Source: Octopus sinensis
Taxonomy: Eukaryota
Length of the DNA: 27,927 nucleotides
Reading direction: 5' to 3'
NCBI RefSeq assembly: GCF_006345805.1
Contig: NW_021827533.1
Span: forward strand, 1 to 27,927
Positions 10,948 through 21,411 of this stretch are shown piece after piece. Both the position numbers and the translations under genes were made by a program. Under the pieces are notes generated by a model, which made no database searches, was not told the origin of the DNA, and saw only the letters and a list, made by a program, of their open reading frames with translations. Within the stretch, counting starts at the first letter, position 1; each line of letters starts with the position of its first letter.

Positions 10948-11288
10948 ATTCAAGTGCCTCTCGCGAAAAGAAATATATATATATATATACGACACAGGAG
11001 GACGACAAAGAAACACGGAAAAAGAAGAAAAATACAAAGTGGACGCAGACATGTTCCGTCCCTCATCAGTTTTAATCTAAGTATCGTCACAATCTCGACA
11101 CTCAAGTACTTAAAGACATGTATTATAGTAAAATCATTACTTCTCGACATTGAAAACGTTATGCAAACATAAGACGCATGCTAGATACTCGTAACTGGCA
11201 TTATACATACGAGGCCTGGTCAATAAGTATCCGGAAAGATGTTGCTATAAAAGCAAATCTACAACACGTGCTAAATTGGCATTTAATC

Positions 11289-11494
11289 AACTTTGCGTTT
11301 CATCCTTTCGGGTTCGACTAAATAAGTACCAGTTACGCACTGGGGTCGATATAATCGACTTAATCCGTTTGTCTGTCCTTGTTTGTCCCCTCTGCGTTTA
11401 GCTCCTTGTGGGTAGTAAAGAAATAGGTATTTCGTCTGCCGTTACGTTCTGAGTTCAAATTCCGCCGAGATCGATTTTGGCTTTCATCCTTTCG
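11289..11494 (+). mobile_element. SINE family B dimer fragment inside the mariner
   Basis: Begins and ends within the ctttcatcctttcg domain. Contains the tail-to-head junction aaagaaata|ggtatttcg at 11425/11426. Confidence 0.85.
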
Positions 11495-11496
11495 AA

Positions 11497-12023
11497 AGCC
11501 ATACGCTTAATCCAGCGCTGCTTCCATTGATGGAAGCATTCCTGGAACTCATTTTATAGGACAATCAGCAGTTGCCTCTTCGCATTCACTTTGATTTCTC
11601 CGACGTCTTGAAATCTTTTTCCTTTCAAGCGGGATTTGATTTTTGGAAAGAGAAAATGTCGCAAGCGGTGAGATCAGGAGAATATGGTGGCTGTCAGATC
11701 TGGAGATGCATTGTCAGCTGAAAGCAGTTTGGGCACAAACTTTGCAGACATACGTCTGATACCCAAATCTTCAGTGATAATGGATTGAACTGAACCGTAA
11801 CTAGACTGCACATCCTCTGATAACTCACCGATGGTGATTCGACGATTTCCCCTCACACCTGCGGGCACATCTGCGCTGTTTTTCTCAGTTGTGCTGGTTG
11901 CGGGTCCCCCAGACGTTCACTACTATCGACATTTTTTCGACTTGTACACTCCTCTCCATACACTTTCTGCAACTTTGCGTTGGCCTCTGAGCAGGTATCG
12001 CCCAGCTTTTGGCAAAATTTGAT
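11497..12023 (-). pseudogene. Mariner transposase remnant
   Basis: With frameshifts it reads IKFCQKLGDTCSEANAKLQKVYGEEC...RRITIGELSEDVQSSYGSVQSIITEDLGIRRMSAKFVPKLLSAD (WVPHEL-type linker), then a deletion, then PPYSPDLTACD..LFPKIKSRLKGKRFQDVGEIK...FQECFHQWKQRWIK (YSPDL motif). Confidence 0.9.
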
Positions 12024-12473
12024 TCAGATTCGTGGTCAATGCGACGATTACACGCTACACACCTTCATTCCAAGCACTACTGTAACCAGCAGAAGTGAGC
12101 TAGAACGTTAAAACTTAATAGCATGCACAGCACAGTTCAAGGCCAATTTGCGCCAAGTAGCTTCACTCTATGTGCTTTAGTTTTGTTATTATGACCACAG
12201 TCCGGATACTTATTGATCAGTCCACGTATTTAACGCGGTGTTTTCCAGGTTAACAACTGTACACAGCTTCCCTGAGCTCACAATTCTGGTTATTCGCGCA
12301 TCTTCTAATATATTCTTAAATATTAGTATGTCAACATAATTAAACATCTAAAAATATTAATAAGGAAACACTTGCTTTCAAAGAATATAAGGTAAATTAT
12401 ATAGATATATATTTAGTAGCATAGAGGAATCTCTACACAAGTCCTATTTTAATAGCTGCATGGGTTTTTATCT

Positions 12474-12619
<146 letters not shown>

Positions 12620-13728
12620 GAGAGTATGTGTGTGTATATATGGGTGTCTGGGTGAGATTTCGTGCATGTGTATACGCTTATAACTATATATCTATATCTA
12701 TGTGTGTATATGCATAAATACGCGCGTACGCACCCACACAAGCACACATACACACACATACGCACACACACACACACACAGATACACACACATACACACA
12801 TATCAGTCTAATAGTCTACATTAATCTACATCCAAACACTCGGTTACGTTCTTCGTCCCCCCAACCCACCCCACCTTTCCCTTACTGTTCATCATACTCT
12901 CCGAACTTCAACAACCCACCCTCCTACCCCACCTCCGACCGTACGCATATTAACATCTGTCCATGCCCATCCCTCCTCCCTTCACAAACACCACAATATC
13001 ATCGAAAAAGCAAACACACAGCTTCAAATATAGCTAATACTTTAAGAAACGAGTTTGCACACACGTGGAATGTTTCATCTTTAATTAAGTTTAATTAATT
13101 ACGTTTAATTATAATTATACCAAATTGGTTTCGATTTCAAATTTCACTTATTTTCCTGTTTGTTAATTTATATTAAACTATTTCATAATTGCTTTTTTTT
13201 CATGCATTTTTTAATTTGTTGTTAGCACTCACTAACACAGACACAAGATGGCATATTTTAAAGGGTGAAATCGGGCGAGTTAAGGCGCATGCGAGATACT
13301 GTCCCCCAAAATTTGGCAGTGAAGATGTTGTTGTTGTTGTTGTTGTTGTTAAGCAACAAGACGGGCAAGGGTGATTAGGTGATGGTCTAGGGCTTAGAGG
13401 CGGGAGACCCCAGACTTTGGAAATAAAAAAAAAACTTTGGTCCTCTTGTTGTAGTCGAGGGCTCTTCGTTGACGCCCGACACCACTGGGAGGTGGCCCTC
13501 GAAGTCGCTTGAAGTGGAGATCTCCAAGACCAAAATCTTGAACGGCTGGCAGTGAAGATGCGTGGTTTAGTGGTCTGGTTGGGTTGCTGTCTTCTTCTTC
13601 TTCTTCTTCTTCTTCTTCTTCTTTTTCTTCTTCTTCCAATGTTTTCTTGAGTCATGTCCAGTTTACGTTTCGAGTTCAATTCGTACCGGGATCGGCTTAG
13701 AGTACTTCGCTTGATATATATGGAGTTG

Positions 13729-13951
13729 GAGGGTGGCGTGCTGGCAGAAACGTTAGCACGCCGGGCGAAATGCTTAACTGTATTTCGTCTGCCGCTACGT
13801 TCTGAGTTCAAATTCCGCCCAGGTAAACTTTGCCTTTCATCCTTTCGGGGTCGATGAATTAAGTACCAGTTACGCACTGGGGTCGATGTAATGTCTGTCC
13901 TTGTTCGTCCCTTCTATGTTTAGTCCCCTGTGGGCAATAAAGAAATAAAGA
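13729..13951 (+). mobile_element. SINE family B full-length monomer (aataaagaaata-type tail)
   Basis: tRNA-like head ctggcagaaacgttagc...gagttcaaattccgcc, central domain, tail tagtcccctgtgggcaataaagaaataaaga. Confidence 0.9.
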
Positions 13952-14538
13952 TATATATGGGGTTGGGGGTTATTGGGTGCGTGTATTGCCCAATTATCAT
14001 TAATGAGTAGCTTCCGATGCATTATGTAGGAACTGGCGCTGCAGGGGCAGAGATGGAGATCTGACTGGTTAAAGTAACACGATAAGACTACTATACTCAC
14101 CAACCACAAACACCCTACAACCATTACCACCTTCATCACCACAACCATCACCACCACTACCACCATCACCAGCACGACCACCACCACCACCACGACCGCC
14201 ACCACCATCCACCACTGCAGCCTCCACTCCCACCATCATAGCCATTACTAACACCTTTACTACTACGACTGCGGTGCCATTACCTTATCTCGTCCTATTT
14301 AAGATCAAAGGATATTTTTCGCTTTGAAATATTTAATTTATTTAAATGCTGCGTTGTGTATTGGGCTGTCAGATAAATTCGTTCGCTTAAAAAAATTTTT
14401 TCCATTTCTTTTAATGCTTTCCAATGTTCTTTTTGTTTTTTTTATTTTGAATTAAAACGAAAAATATTTTTACCGAAGATTTGTTTTACGGATTTTTTTT
14501 TGCGCATTTTTTAATTGATTTCTTTTTCTCTTCTGCAG

Positions 14539-14633
14539 TTCTATATATCTTCTACAACTTTTGCTTAACGTTTTCAAAGTTGAATTAAGTTTGTGTCAGA
14601 CATATGGCGCTGAATTGCCGAGCAGAAAAAAAG
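14539..14633 (+). CDS. Weak candidate internal exon (95 bp), product unknown
   Basis: Pyrimidine-rich acceptor ttctttttctcttctgcAG and donor aag|GTaaaa in unique sequence. One open frame: SIYLLQLLLNVFKVELSLCQTYGAELPSRKK. No homology recognised. Confidence 0.2.
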
Positions 14634-14899
14634 GTAAAAGAAAAATAAAAGAAAATAAGGGACACAAAGGAATTTTTAAATCTCCGCCTTCTCCATCCTT
14701 TTTTCAATTTATTTAAAATCCTTTTCCTGAGTAGCTGCTCTGTTTTGAATATGTTTTGGTCGCTGAGTTCAGTGCAGTGTAACTCAGTTTCAACCCTACT
14801 CAGGAAAGTTGGTCAATTAAGACCGTGACTGCTTCTTATAGACGTTAGCTCATTCTTTTAGTTTTGGCGTTTGAATTACGTCTAATATTTCCTTGTGTC

Positions 14900-15098
14900 G
14901 AAGGCGGCGAGCTGGCCGAACCGTTAGCACGCCGGACAAAGTGCTTAGCGGCGTTTCTGTCTCTCTTTACGTTCTGACTTCAAATTCTGTTCATGTTGAC
15001 TTTGCCTCTCATCCATTCGAGATCGATAAAATTGTTACTAATTGAGCATTAAGGTCGATGTAATATATTTCCCCTCTCTCCCAGAATTGCTGTCCTTG
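14900..15098 (+). mobile_element. SINE family B, degenerate
   Basis: gaaggcggcgagctggccgaaccgttagcacgccgg...gactttgcctctcatccattcgagatcgat. Confidence 0.8.
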
Positions 15099-15137
15099 AG
15101 CTCAGAACGTAAAGATGGAAGTTTTGACCGTCTTAAA

Positions 15138-15755
15138 CCCTTCGTGAACCGGCGAGGTCCCTTGGGACTCCAGACAATTTTAAAAGCTATGCAACTTCTA
15201 CATTTTTTATTTAAATGACTTCTATTGTCAATAGTTTATGTATGCACATACAAATTTTGAGTTAAAAATTCCAGTCATATGGATGTTATAGCATAAAATA
15301 TGGTCATTTGGTTCCAGCTGAACCCCATTGGTTTTCTTTGAAATTATTATTTTCTATTCTTTTTTTTTCAGATATTCTGATGAACTATCAGTTATTTTTC
15401 TTCGTATTTGTACTGGTATCAATCAATACGCTAAATAATTTTGTTTTATTTTATATTTAGTGCTATATGTATATTTTATAAAACTATTTTTAAAATGTTG
15501 ATTTCTTTCAATAAAGGTTTTTATCAGTCAATAAATTATATTTTAATACCCCTCCATTAAACACTAATAATTACAAGTATATATCTATAAGATACTAAAT
15601 AAATTTCTTGTTCTGTATCATGCACTCACACATATATACAAGATTAAACAAATATTGCTTTATGGATAGTGCGTTTATGCGCAAAAATATAAGGGGGCCC
15701 CCTCGGAACCCCAATGGCCTTTTGTGTAATTCCAACCCCGCCGGCCTACGAAGGG
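15138..15755. mobile_element. piggyBac-like non-autonomous TIR element
   Basis: Termini cccttcgtgaaccggcg / cgccggcctacgaaggg, with ttaaa on the left, ttac on the right and an AT-rich interior. It splits the SINE B sequence ccgtctt|acgttctgag. Confidence 0.65.
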
Positions 15756-15893
15756 TTACGTTCTGAGTTCGACTTTCCCTTTCATCCTTTCGTGGCCGTT
15801 CAAATAAGTACCAGTTGAGCACTGGTGTCGATGTAATCGACCAGCGCCCCCCCCGTAAAACTCAGACTTTGTTCTTATAGTACAAAAAATTAT
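15756..15893 (+). mobile_element. SINE family B, 3' part
   Basis: acgttctgagttcgactttccctttcatcc...aaataagtaccagttgagcactggtgtcgatgtaatcgac. Confidence 0.8.
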
Positions 15894-15919
15894 TTCCTTG
15901 ATCTGGCTAATGAAGAAGA

Positions 15920-16087
15920 GTGTACGTGGTTGCTTAGTTTGCTAGAAAACGCAGCCAAATTTACCTTAAACACGTTCAAGTGTCTTTAAAAAAAAAGACA
16001 TATTTGGTAATGCAAACATTGATACCAGACAGGATGGCTATGCTTTGATTGATTTTTGGAAACAGTTCCGTTCGATCAGGTGATCAA
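15920..16087 (+). mobile_element. Degenerate family D repeat
   Basis: Loose similarity to 2740-2953. Confidence 0.3.
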
Positions 16088-16159
16088 CGCACAAACATAC
16101 ACACACAATATACACAGATATGAGACAGAACTCGGAAGCATATATCTAGGAAGCAAACT

Positions 16160-16579
16160 TCTTATTTCTTTATTGCTCACGAGGGACTAAACATAAAGGG
16201 GACAAACAAGAACAGACAAAGGGGTTAAGTCGATTACATCGACCTCAGTGCGTAACTGGTACTTAATTTATCGACCGCGAAAAGATGAAAGGCAAAGTCG
16301 ACCTCGGCGGAATTTGAGCACAGAACGTAACGGCAGACGAAATACCTATTTCTTTACTACCGACAGGGGGCTACACACAGAGGGGACAAACAAGGACAGA
16401 CAAACGGATTAAGCCGATTATATCGACCCAGTGCGTAACTGGTACTTAATTTATCGACCCCAAAAGGATGAAAGGCAAAGTCGACCTCGGCGGAATTTGA
16501 ACTCAGAATGTAACGGCAGACGAAATACGGTTACGCATTTCGCCCGGCTTGCTAACGTTTCTGCCAGCTCGCCGCCTTC
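16160..16579 (-). mobile_element. SINE family B dimer
   Basis: A full monomer (16579-16347) is joined to an A-box-less second monomer (16346-16160) at aaagaaata|ggtatttcg. Confidence 0.92.
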
Positions 16580-16600
16580 TTACCACACAGCTACGCCTCT

Positions 16601-16715
16601 ACCTGAGTACCAAAGTAAATACTGGGATCAATTTGGTCGCTTAAATCCTTCAAGACAATGCTCCTTGATGGGTTGCACTCCAATGACTAAAACGAGCAAA
16701 AGAATTACAGAAGAA
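16601..16715 (+). mobile_element. Family A tail fragment, degenerate
   Basis: tactgggatcaatttggtcgcttaaatccttcaagacaatgctcc...aatgactaaaacgagcaaaaga. Confidence 0.55.
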
Positions 16716-17268
16716 AAGAATCTTGCTGATTCATAAAACGGTCTGCGAAATCTGTAGGTAAAAATCTAACTTATTTGACTTAAAATGAACGAAGATCTTT
16801 GTCAACTTTATTTCATTTTTACAAACATTTTTACAGATAATTTTTGTATATATTCAAAGGGTTATATTATTATTTTTTTTTTATCAACAAGACAAAAAAA
16901 TAAAAGAAAAAAAAAAGAGGGAGAGTAGAAGGAAATTCATCAATCATTTTTTTAAATATTATCTGCTTTCATAAACTCTTTCAAGTATTTTTACTTGCTT
17001 ATTCTTCTGAAGAAAATCACACCAAAGAGGAAGCTAACTTTCTGAAACAGTCTGTTTATAGTTAAAAAGAAGATAAATGCTAAATTAAGTCTAAAAAAAA
17101 AGAAAAAAAGATGAGAGCTTATTAAAAACAGATACAGAAAATAATGTTTTTTTCTTAATAAAAAAAAGAAAGAAAAATAAGTGAAACACGTTTTATGAAG
17201 AAATGAAATCGTATACAACATTTTCAGTAAAGATCTTCTCCTTTGAAATAGATACAGAATGGTAAACG

Positions 17269-17269
<1 letters not shown>

Positions 17270-17362
<93 letters not shown>

Positions 17363-17364
17363 AT

Positions 17365-17398
<34 letters not shown>

Positions 17399-17427
17399 CT
17401 ATCTATCTCTTTTTCTCTCTATCTCTT

Positions 17428-17505
<78 letters not shown>

Positions 17506-17835
17506 ATATAATATATATATACATATATAAATATAAATATAAATAAATAAATAAATATGTATAAATATAAATATAAATATATATATAAATAAATAAATAT
17601 AAATATAAATATAAATATATATATATATATGTATATATATATATGAGTGTGTGTGTATGTATGTGTATATATATATGTATTATATACATATGTATATATA
17701 TATATATATGTTGTGTGTGCATGTGTATGCATGTATGTATGTATTTTTATGTGTACTGATGTATATATATATATATATATTATGTATTATATATATATAT
17801 ATGTATTATATATATATATATGTGTGTGTGTGTGT
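17270..17835. repeat. (CT)n / (CTAT)n / (AT)n / (GT)n compound microsatellite
   Basis: Seen directly. Confidence 0.95.
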
Positions 17836-18160
17836 GAGGAGGATGTGTGCGTACGTGCATTCATTTTGTTCTGCTTCCCTTTCGCCTCTTAGAGAGTTAT
17901 CTTTATTTGTATTAGCATGATACAGCGATATCTAGCTGATTTCTCTTGGCCTACTATTTGACAGCAATATGGCGATTGCTGGCATCAATGTAGCCAAAGC
18001 CATATTTTGATGGAACTCTCCCAAAGGATTCCATACTAAACCATGATCGATCACTTGCTGTAGGCTCTGCAACTACGATTTATCACTGCTGTATATTTCG
18101 GTAATCTTTAACTGTTGCTGTTGTTGTTGTTGTTGTTGTAGTTAGCATTGCTGCTGCTGC

Positions 18161-18191
<31 letters not shown>

Positions 18192-18192
18192 C

Positions 18193-18408
18193 ATGCAGTG
18201 AGCTGGCGGAATCGTTAGCACGCCGGGCGAAATGCTTAGCAGTATTTCGTCCGTCTTTACGTTCTGAGTTCAAATTCCGCCGACGTCAACTCTCTTTTAC
18301 ATCATTTCGGGGTCGATAAATCAAGCACCAGTCAAATACAGGGGTCGACGTAATCGACTAGTCCTCTCCCCCAAAATTTCAGGCTTTGCGCCTTTAATAG
18401 AAAGGATT
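18193..18408 (+). mobile_element. SINE family B monomer (agaaaggatt-type tail)
   Basis: gagctggcggaatcgttagcacgccgggcgaaatgc...cccaaaatttcaggc...tagaaaggatt. Confidence 0.88.
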
Positions 18409-18430
18409 AGCATTGATGTTATTGTTGTTC

Positions 18431-18812
18431 AGGCGGCGAACTGCTTAGCGGTATTTCATCTGCCGTTACGTTCTGAGTTAAAATTCCACCGAGGTCGACT
18501 TTGCCTTTCATCCTTTCGGGCTCTATAAATTAAGTACCAGTTACGCACTGGGGTCGATATAATCGACTTAGTCCGTTTGTCTGTCCTTGTTTGTCCTCTC
18601 TGTGTTTAGCCCCTTGTGGGTAGTAAAGAAATAGGTATTTCGTCCGTCTTTACGTTCTGAGTTCAAATTCCGAGAGGTCGATTTTGCCTTTCATCCTTTC
18701 AGGGTCGATTAAATAAGTACTAGTGAAACACTGCAGTCTATGGAATCGACTATATCCCTCTCCAAAATTTTACGCCTCGGGCCTTTAGTAGAAAGGATTA
18801 TTATTATTATTT
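18431..18812 (+). mobile_element. SINE family B heterodimer
   Basis: The left monomer has a deletion in its head. The junction aaagaaata|ggtatttcg is at 18633/18634. The right monomer ends agaaaggattattattatt. Confidence 0.9.
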
Positions 18813-18827
18813 TGAAGTTCTTATAGA

Positions 18828-19225
18828 CGCAGGAGTGACTGTGTGGTAAGTAGCTTGCTTACCAACCACATGGTTCCGGGTTCAGTCCCACTGCGTGGCA
18901 CCTTGGGCAAGTGTCTTCCACTATAGCCTCGGGCCAATCAAAGCCTTGTGAGTGGATTTGGTTGACAGAAACTGAAAGAAACCCGTCGTATATATGTATA
19001 TGTATATATATATGTGTGTGTTTTCGTGTCTGTGGTTGTCCCCCCAACATCGCTTGACAACTGATGTTGGTGTGTTTACCTCCCCGTAACTTAGTGGTTC
19101 AGCAAAAGAGACCGATAGAATAAGTACTAGGCTTACAAAGAATAAGTCCTGGGGGTCGATTTGCTCAACTAAAGGAGTTGCTCCAGCATGGCCGAGAATA
19201 AATGACTGAAACAAGTAAAAGAGTA
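18828..19225 (+). mobile_element. SINE family A, intact full-length copy
   Basis: tRNA-like head gcaggagtgactgtgtgg...ggttcagtcccactgc, a caccttgggcaagt core (CORE-SINE-like), an internal (AT)/(GT) linker and a tail ending gaaacaagtaaaagag. Confidence 0.92.
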
Positions 19226-19277
19226 GTGGCAAAGTCGAGCATCGGGGATATATTCCCTGAGGGGATTGTCTCCGGTT

Positions 19278-19437
19278 CTTACGTTCTGAGTTCGTATCCG
19301 GTGGCGGTTAACTTCAGTATTCACGCATTTGGGATCGAGAATATAAAATACCAACGAGGTACTAGGGTCGATGGTATCGCTTACCCCCTCCCCCCTCAAT
19401 ATTGCTGGCCTTGTGTCAACATTAGAAAAAGAAATAA
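19278..19437 (+). mobile_element. SINE family B, highly degenerate
   Basis: ttacgttctgagttcg...tagggtcgatgg...gctggccttgtgtc...agaaaaa. Confidence 0.6.
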
Positions 19438-19534
19438 ATCAGTGATTATGATTGTTCTCGTTGTTATTGTATTCATGGCTGTTATTATCACTACGATGTT
19501 TACCGACATCGCCGTCGTCCAACTACCACCACCA

Positions 19535-19758
19535 CTATGAACAACATACTACTACTACTACTACTGCTGTTGCTGCTGTTGCTACTGCTGCTGCTGCAAT
19601 TGTGACCATTGCACCATCATCATCATTACTACCATTAACATCATCATCGTCTCTATCAGCGGCATCGTTTTATTTCATCGCAAGCAACATCATCATCATC
19701 GTCATCATCATCATCATCATCATCGTCATCATCATCATCGTCGTCGTCATCATCATCG

Positions 19759-19796
<38 letters not shown>

Positions 19797-20160
19797 GTCG
19801 TCGTCGTCGTCATCATCATCATCATCATCATCGTCGTCGTCGTCGTCGTCGTCATCATCATCATCATCATCATCATCGTCGTCGTCGTCGTCGTCATCAT
19901 CATCATTATCATCATCATCACCACCACCACCAACATCATCAGTCATTGTGATCATTCCAATCATCAGTAACACCATCGTCCAAAACACTAGCAGCAATAC
20001 CACCACCACCACCACCACCACCACCACAAACCACCACCACCACACCGCCGCCGCCGCCGCCTCCATCGCCATCGCCACTACCAACATCAGCGTCATAACC
20101 ATCACCATCGTTGATGCCATCGCCGATGAATTCAGACCATCAGTCATCACCGTTGTTGTC
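19535..20160. repeat. Compound trinucleotide block (ACC/ACT/GCT/CAT/CGT/GCC)
   Basis: Seen directly. Confidence 0.9.
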
Positions 20161-20496
20161 ACCGTCAGTAACGTCCCTAAGTCACCGCGTGACTACGTCA
20201 TTATACACGCTTTATGTAATGCATTCTCTAACATCGTTAGTTCCCCCACACAGTTTCTATTTATTACGCAGTTGTGTTCCTGGTTCCATATCTCAAGAGC
20301 AATTATTGTTGTTGTTGTTGTTGCGTGCGATTGCTATCATCATTCATTCATTCATATAGTCACTCGATGCCATTCATTAAATTGCAGAGTCTTCATCCAA
20401 TCAAACGCAGTCGTTTTCACGTGATCCATTTTTGTACAAGAAACAAATTGTAAAAAAGGAAAGAAAGACAATGTAAATTTAAATCAGAAAAAATTC

Positions 20497-20680
20497 GTTG
20501 GCTGCGTAGTAAGTAGCTTGCTTACGAACCACATGGTTCTGGGTTCAGTCCCACTGCGTGGCACCTTGGGCAAGTGTCTTCTACTATAGCCTCGGACCGA
20601 ACCAAAGCCTTGTGAGCGGATTTGGTAGACGGAAACTGAAAGAAGCCCGTCGTATATATGTATATGTATATGTATGTGTG
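20497..20680 (+). mobile_element. SINE family A head
   Basis: Near-identical to the 5' half of 18828-19225. Confidence 0.9.
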
Positions 20681-20787
20681 TGTGTGTGTTATGTTGAAGA
20701 AATGAGAGACGTTCCTACCGCTACCATGTCGGTCACAATAACTTTCTTAATCGACTCTTTTAGTTTATACACTAGTTTCGTCTCTGA

Positions 20788-21110
20788 TAAGCCTTTCTAC
20801 TATGGGCTCAAGGTCTGAAAGTTCAGAGCCAGTGGAATAGTCAGTTAAATCGACCCAGTACATCGACTGATACTTATTTAATCGACTCCGAAAGGATGAA
20901 AGACAAACTCGACCTCTGCGGAATTTGAACTCAGAACGTAAAGGATGGGGTAATTTGATTACATCGACTCCAGTACATAACTGGTATTTTATTTTATCAC
21001 CTCCGAAAGGATGAAAGGAAGAGTTAACGCAGAAGGGATTCGAACATGGAAAGTGAAGAGCCGGAAGCAACGCTGTTAAGCATTTTGTCCGACGCACTAA
21101 TGATTCTGAA
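20788..21110 (-). mobile_element. SINE family B, dimer-like and degenerate
   Basis: Two successive ccgaaaggatgaaag central domains in the same orientation. Confidence 0.75.
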
Positions 21111-21204
21111 TAGATCACCGATAAGGGCGTACAGAAATGAGTTTGTGCATGCACACAGATCGACGTTTTATTCACAACCACAACAGCAGCAGCAGCAGCA
21201 GCAA

Positions 21205-21397
21205 TAGGACTCCTTTATACTATAGTCGCAAGTGTTGCAATTTTAACAGAGGGAGCTAGTCGATTACATTAACTCCAAGTGCTTAACTAGTACTTAATTT
21301 ATCGACTCCGAAGGATATAAGGTAAATTCGGTCTTGGCGGAATTTGAATACGGAACGGAAAGAGCCAGAAGAAATGTTGTGAAGTTAACGCATCTTC
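21205..21397 (-). mobile_element. SINE family B, degenerate
   Basis: ctagtcgattacattaactcc...gtacttaatttatcgactccgaagg...ggcggaatttgaa. Confidence 0.75.
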
Positions 21398-21411
21398 ATA
21401 AATAATAATAA

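Larger units (their letters stand above)
11208..12228 (-). mobile_element. Internally deleted mariner (Tc1/mariner) transposon
   Basis: TA-flanked ~28-bp TIRs cgaggcctggtcaataagtatccgga / tccggatacttattgatcagtccacg enclose a transposase remnant. Confidence 0.92.

Noticed and set aside
13200-13877. 225-aa minus-strand ORF
   Set aside because: It is a chance fusion of an antisense SINE B, a (GAA)n tract and a (CAA)n tract.
14480-14611. Minus-strand exon with a strong polypyrimidine acceptor
   Set aside because: All three frames contain stop codons.
17965-18100. Exon or pre-miRNA candidate around aatatggc...gccatatt
   Set aside because: All plus frames hit stops before the donor. The hairpin has only an 8-bp firm stem and matches no miRNA I recognise.
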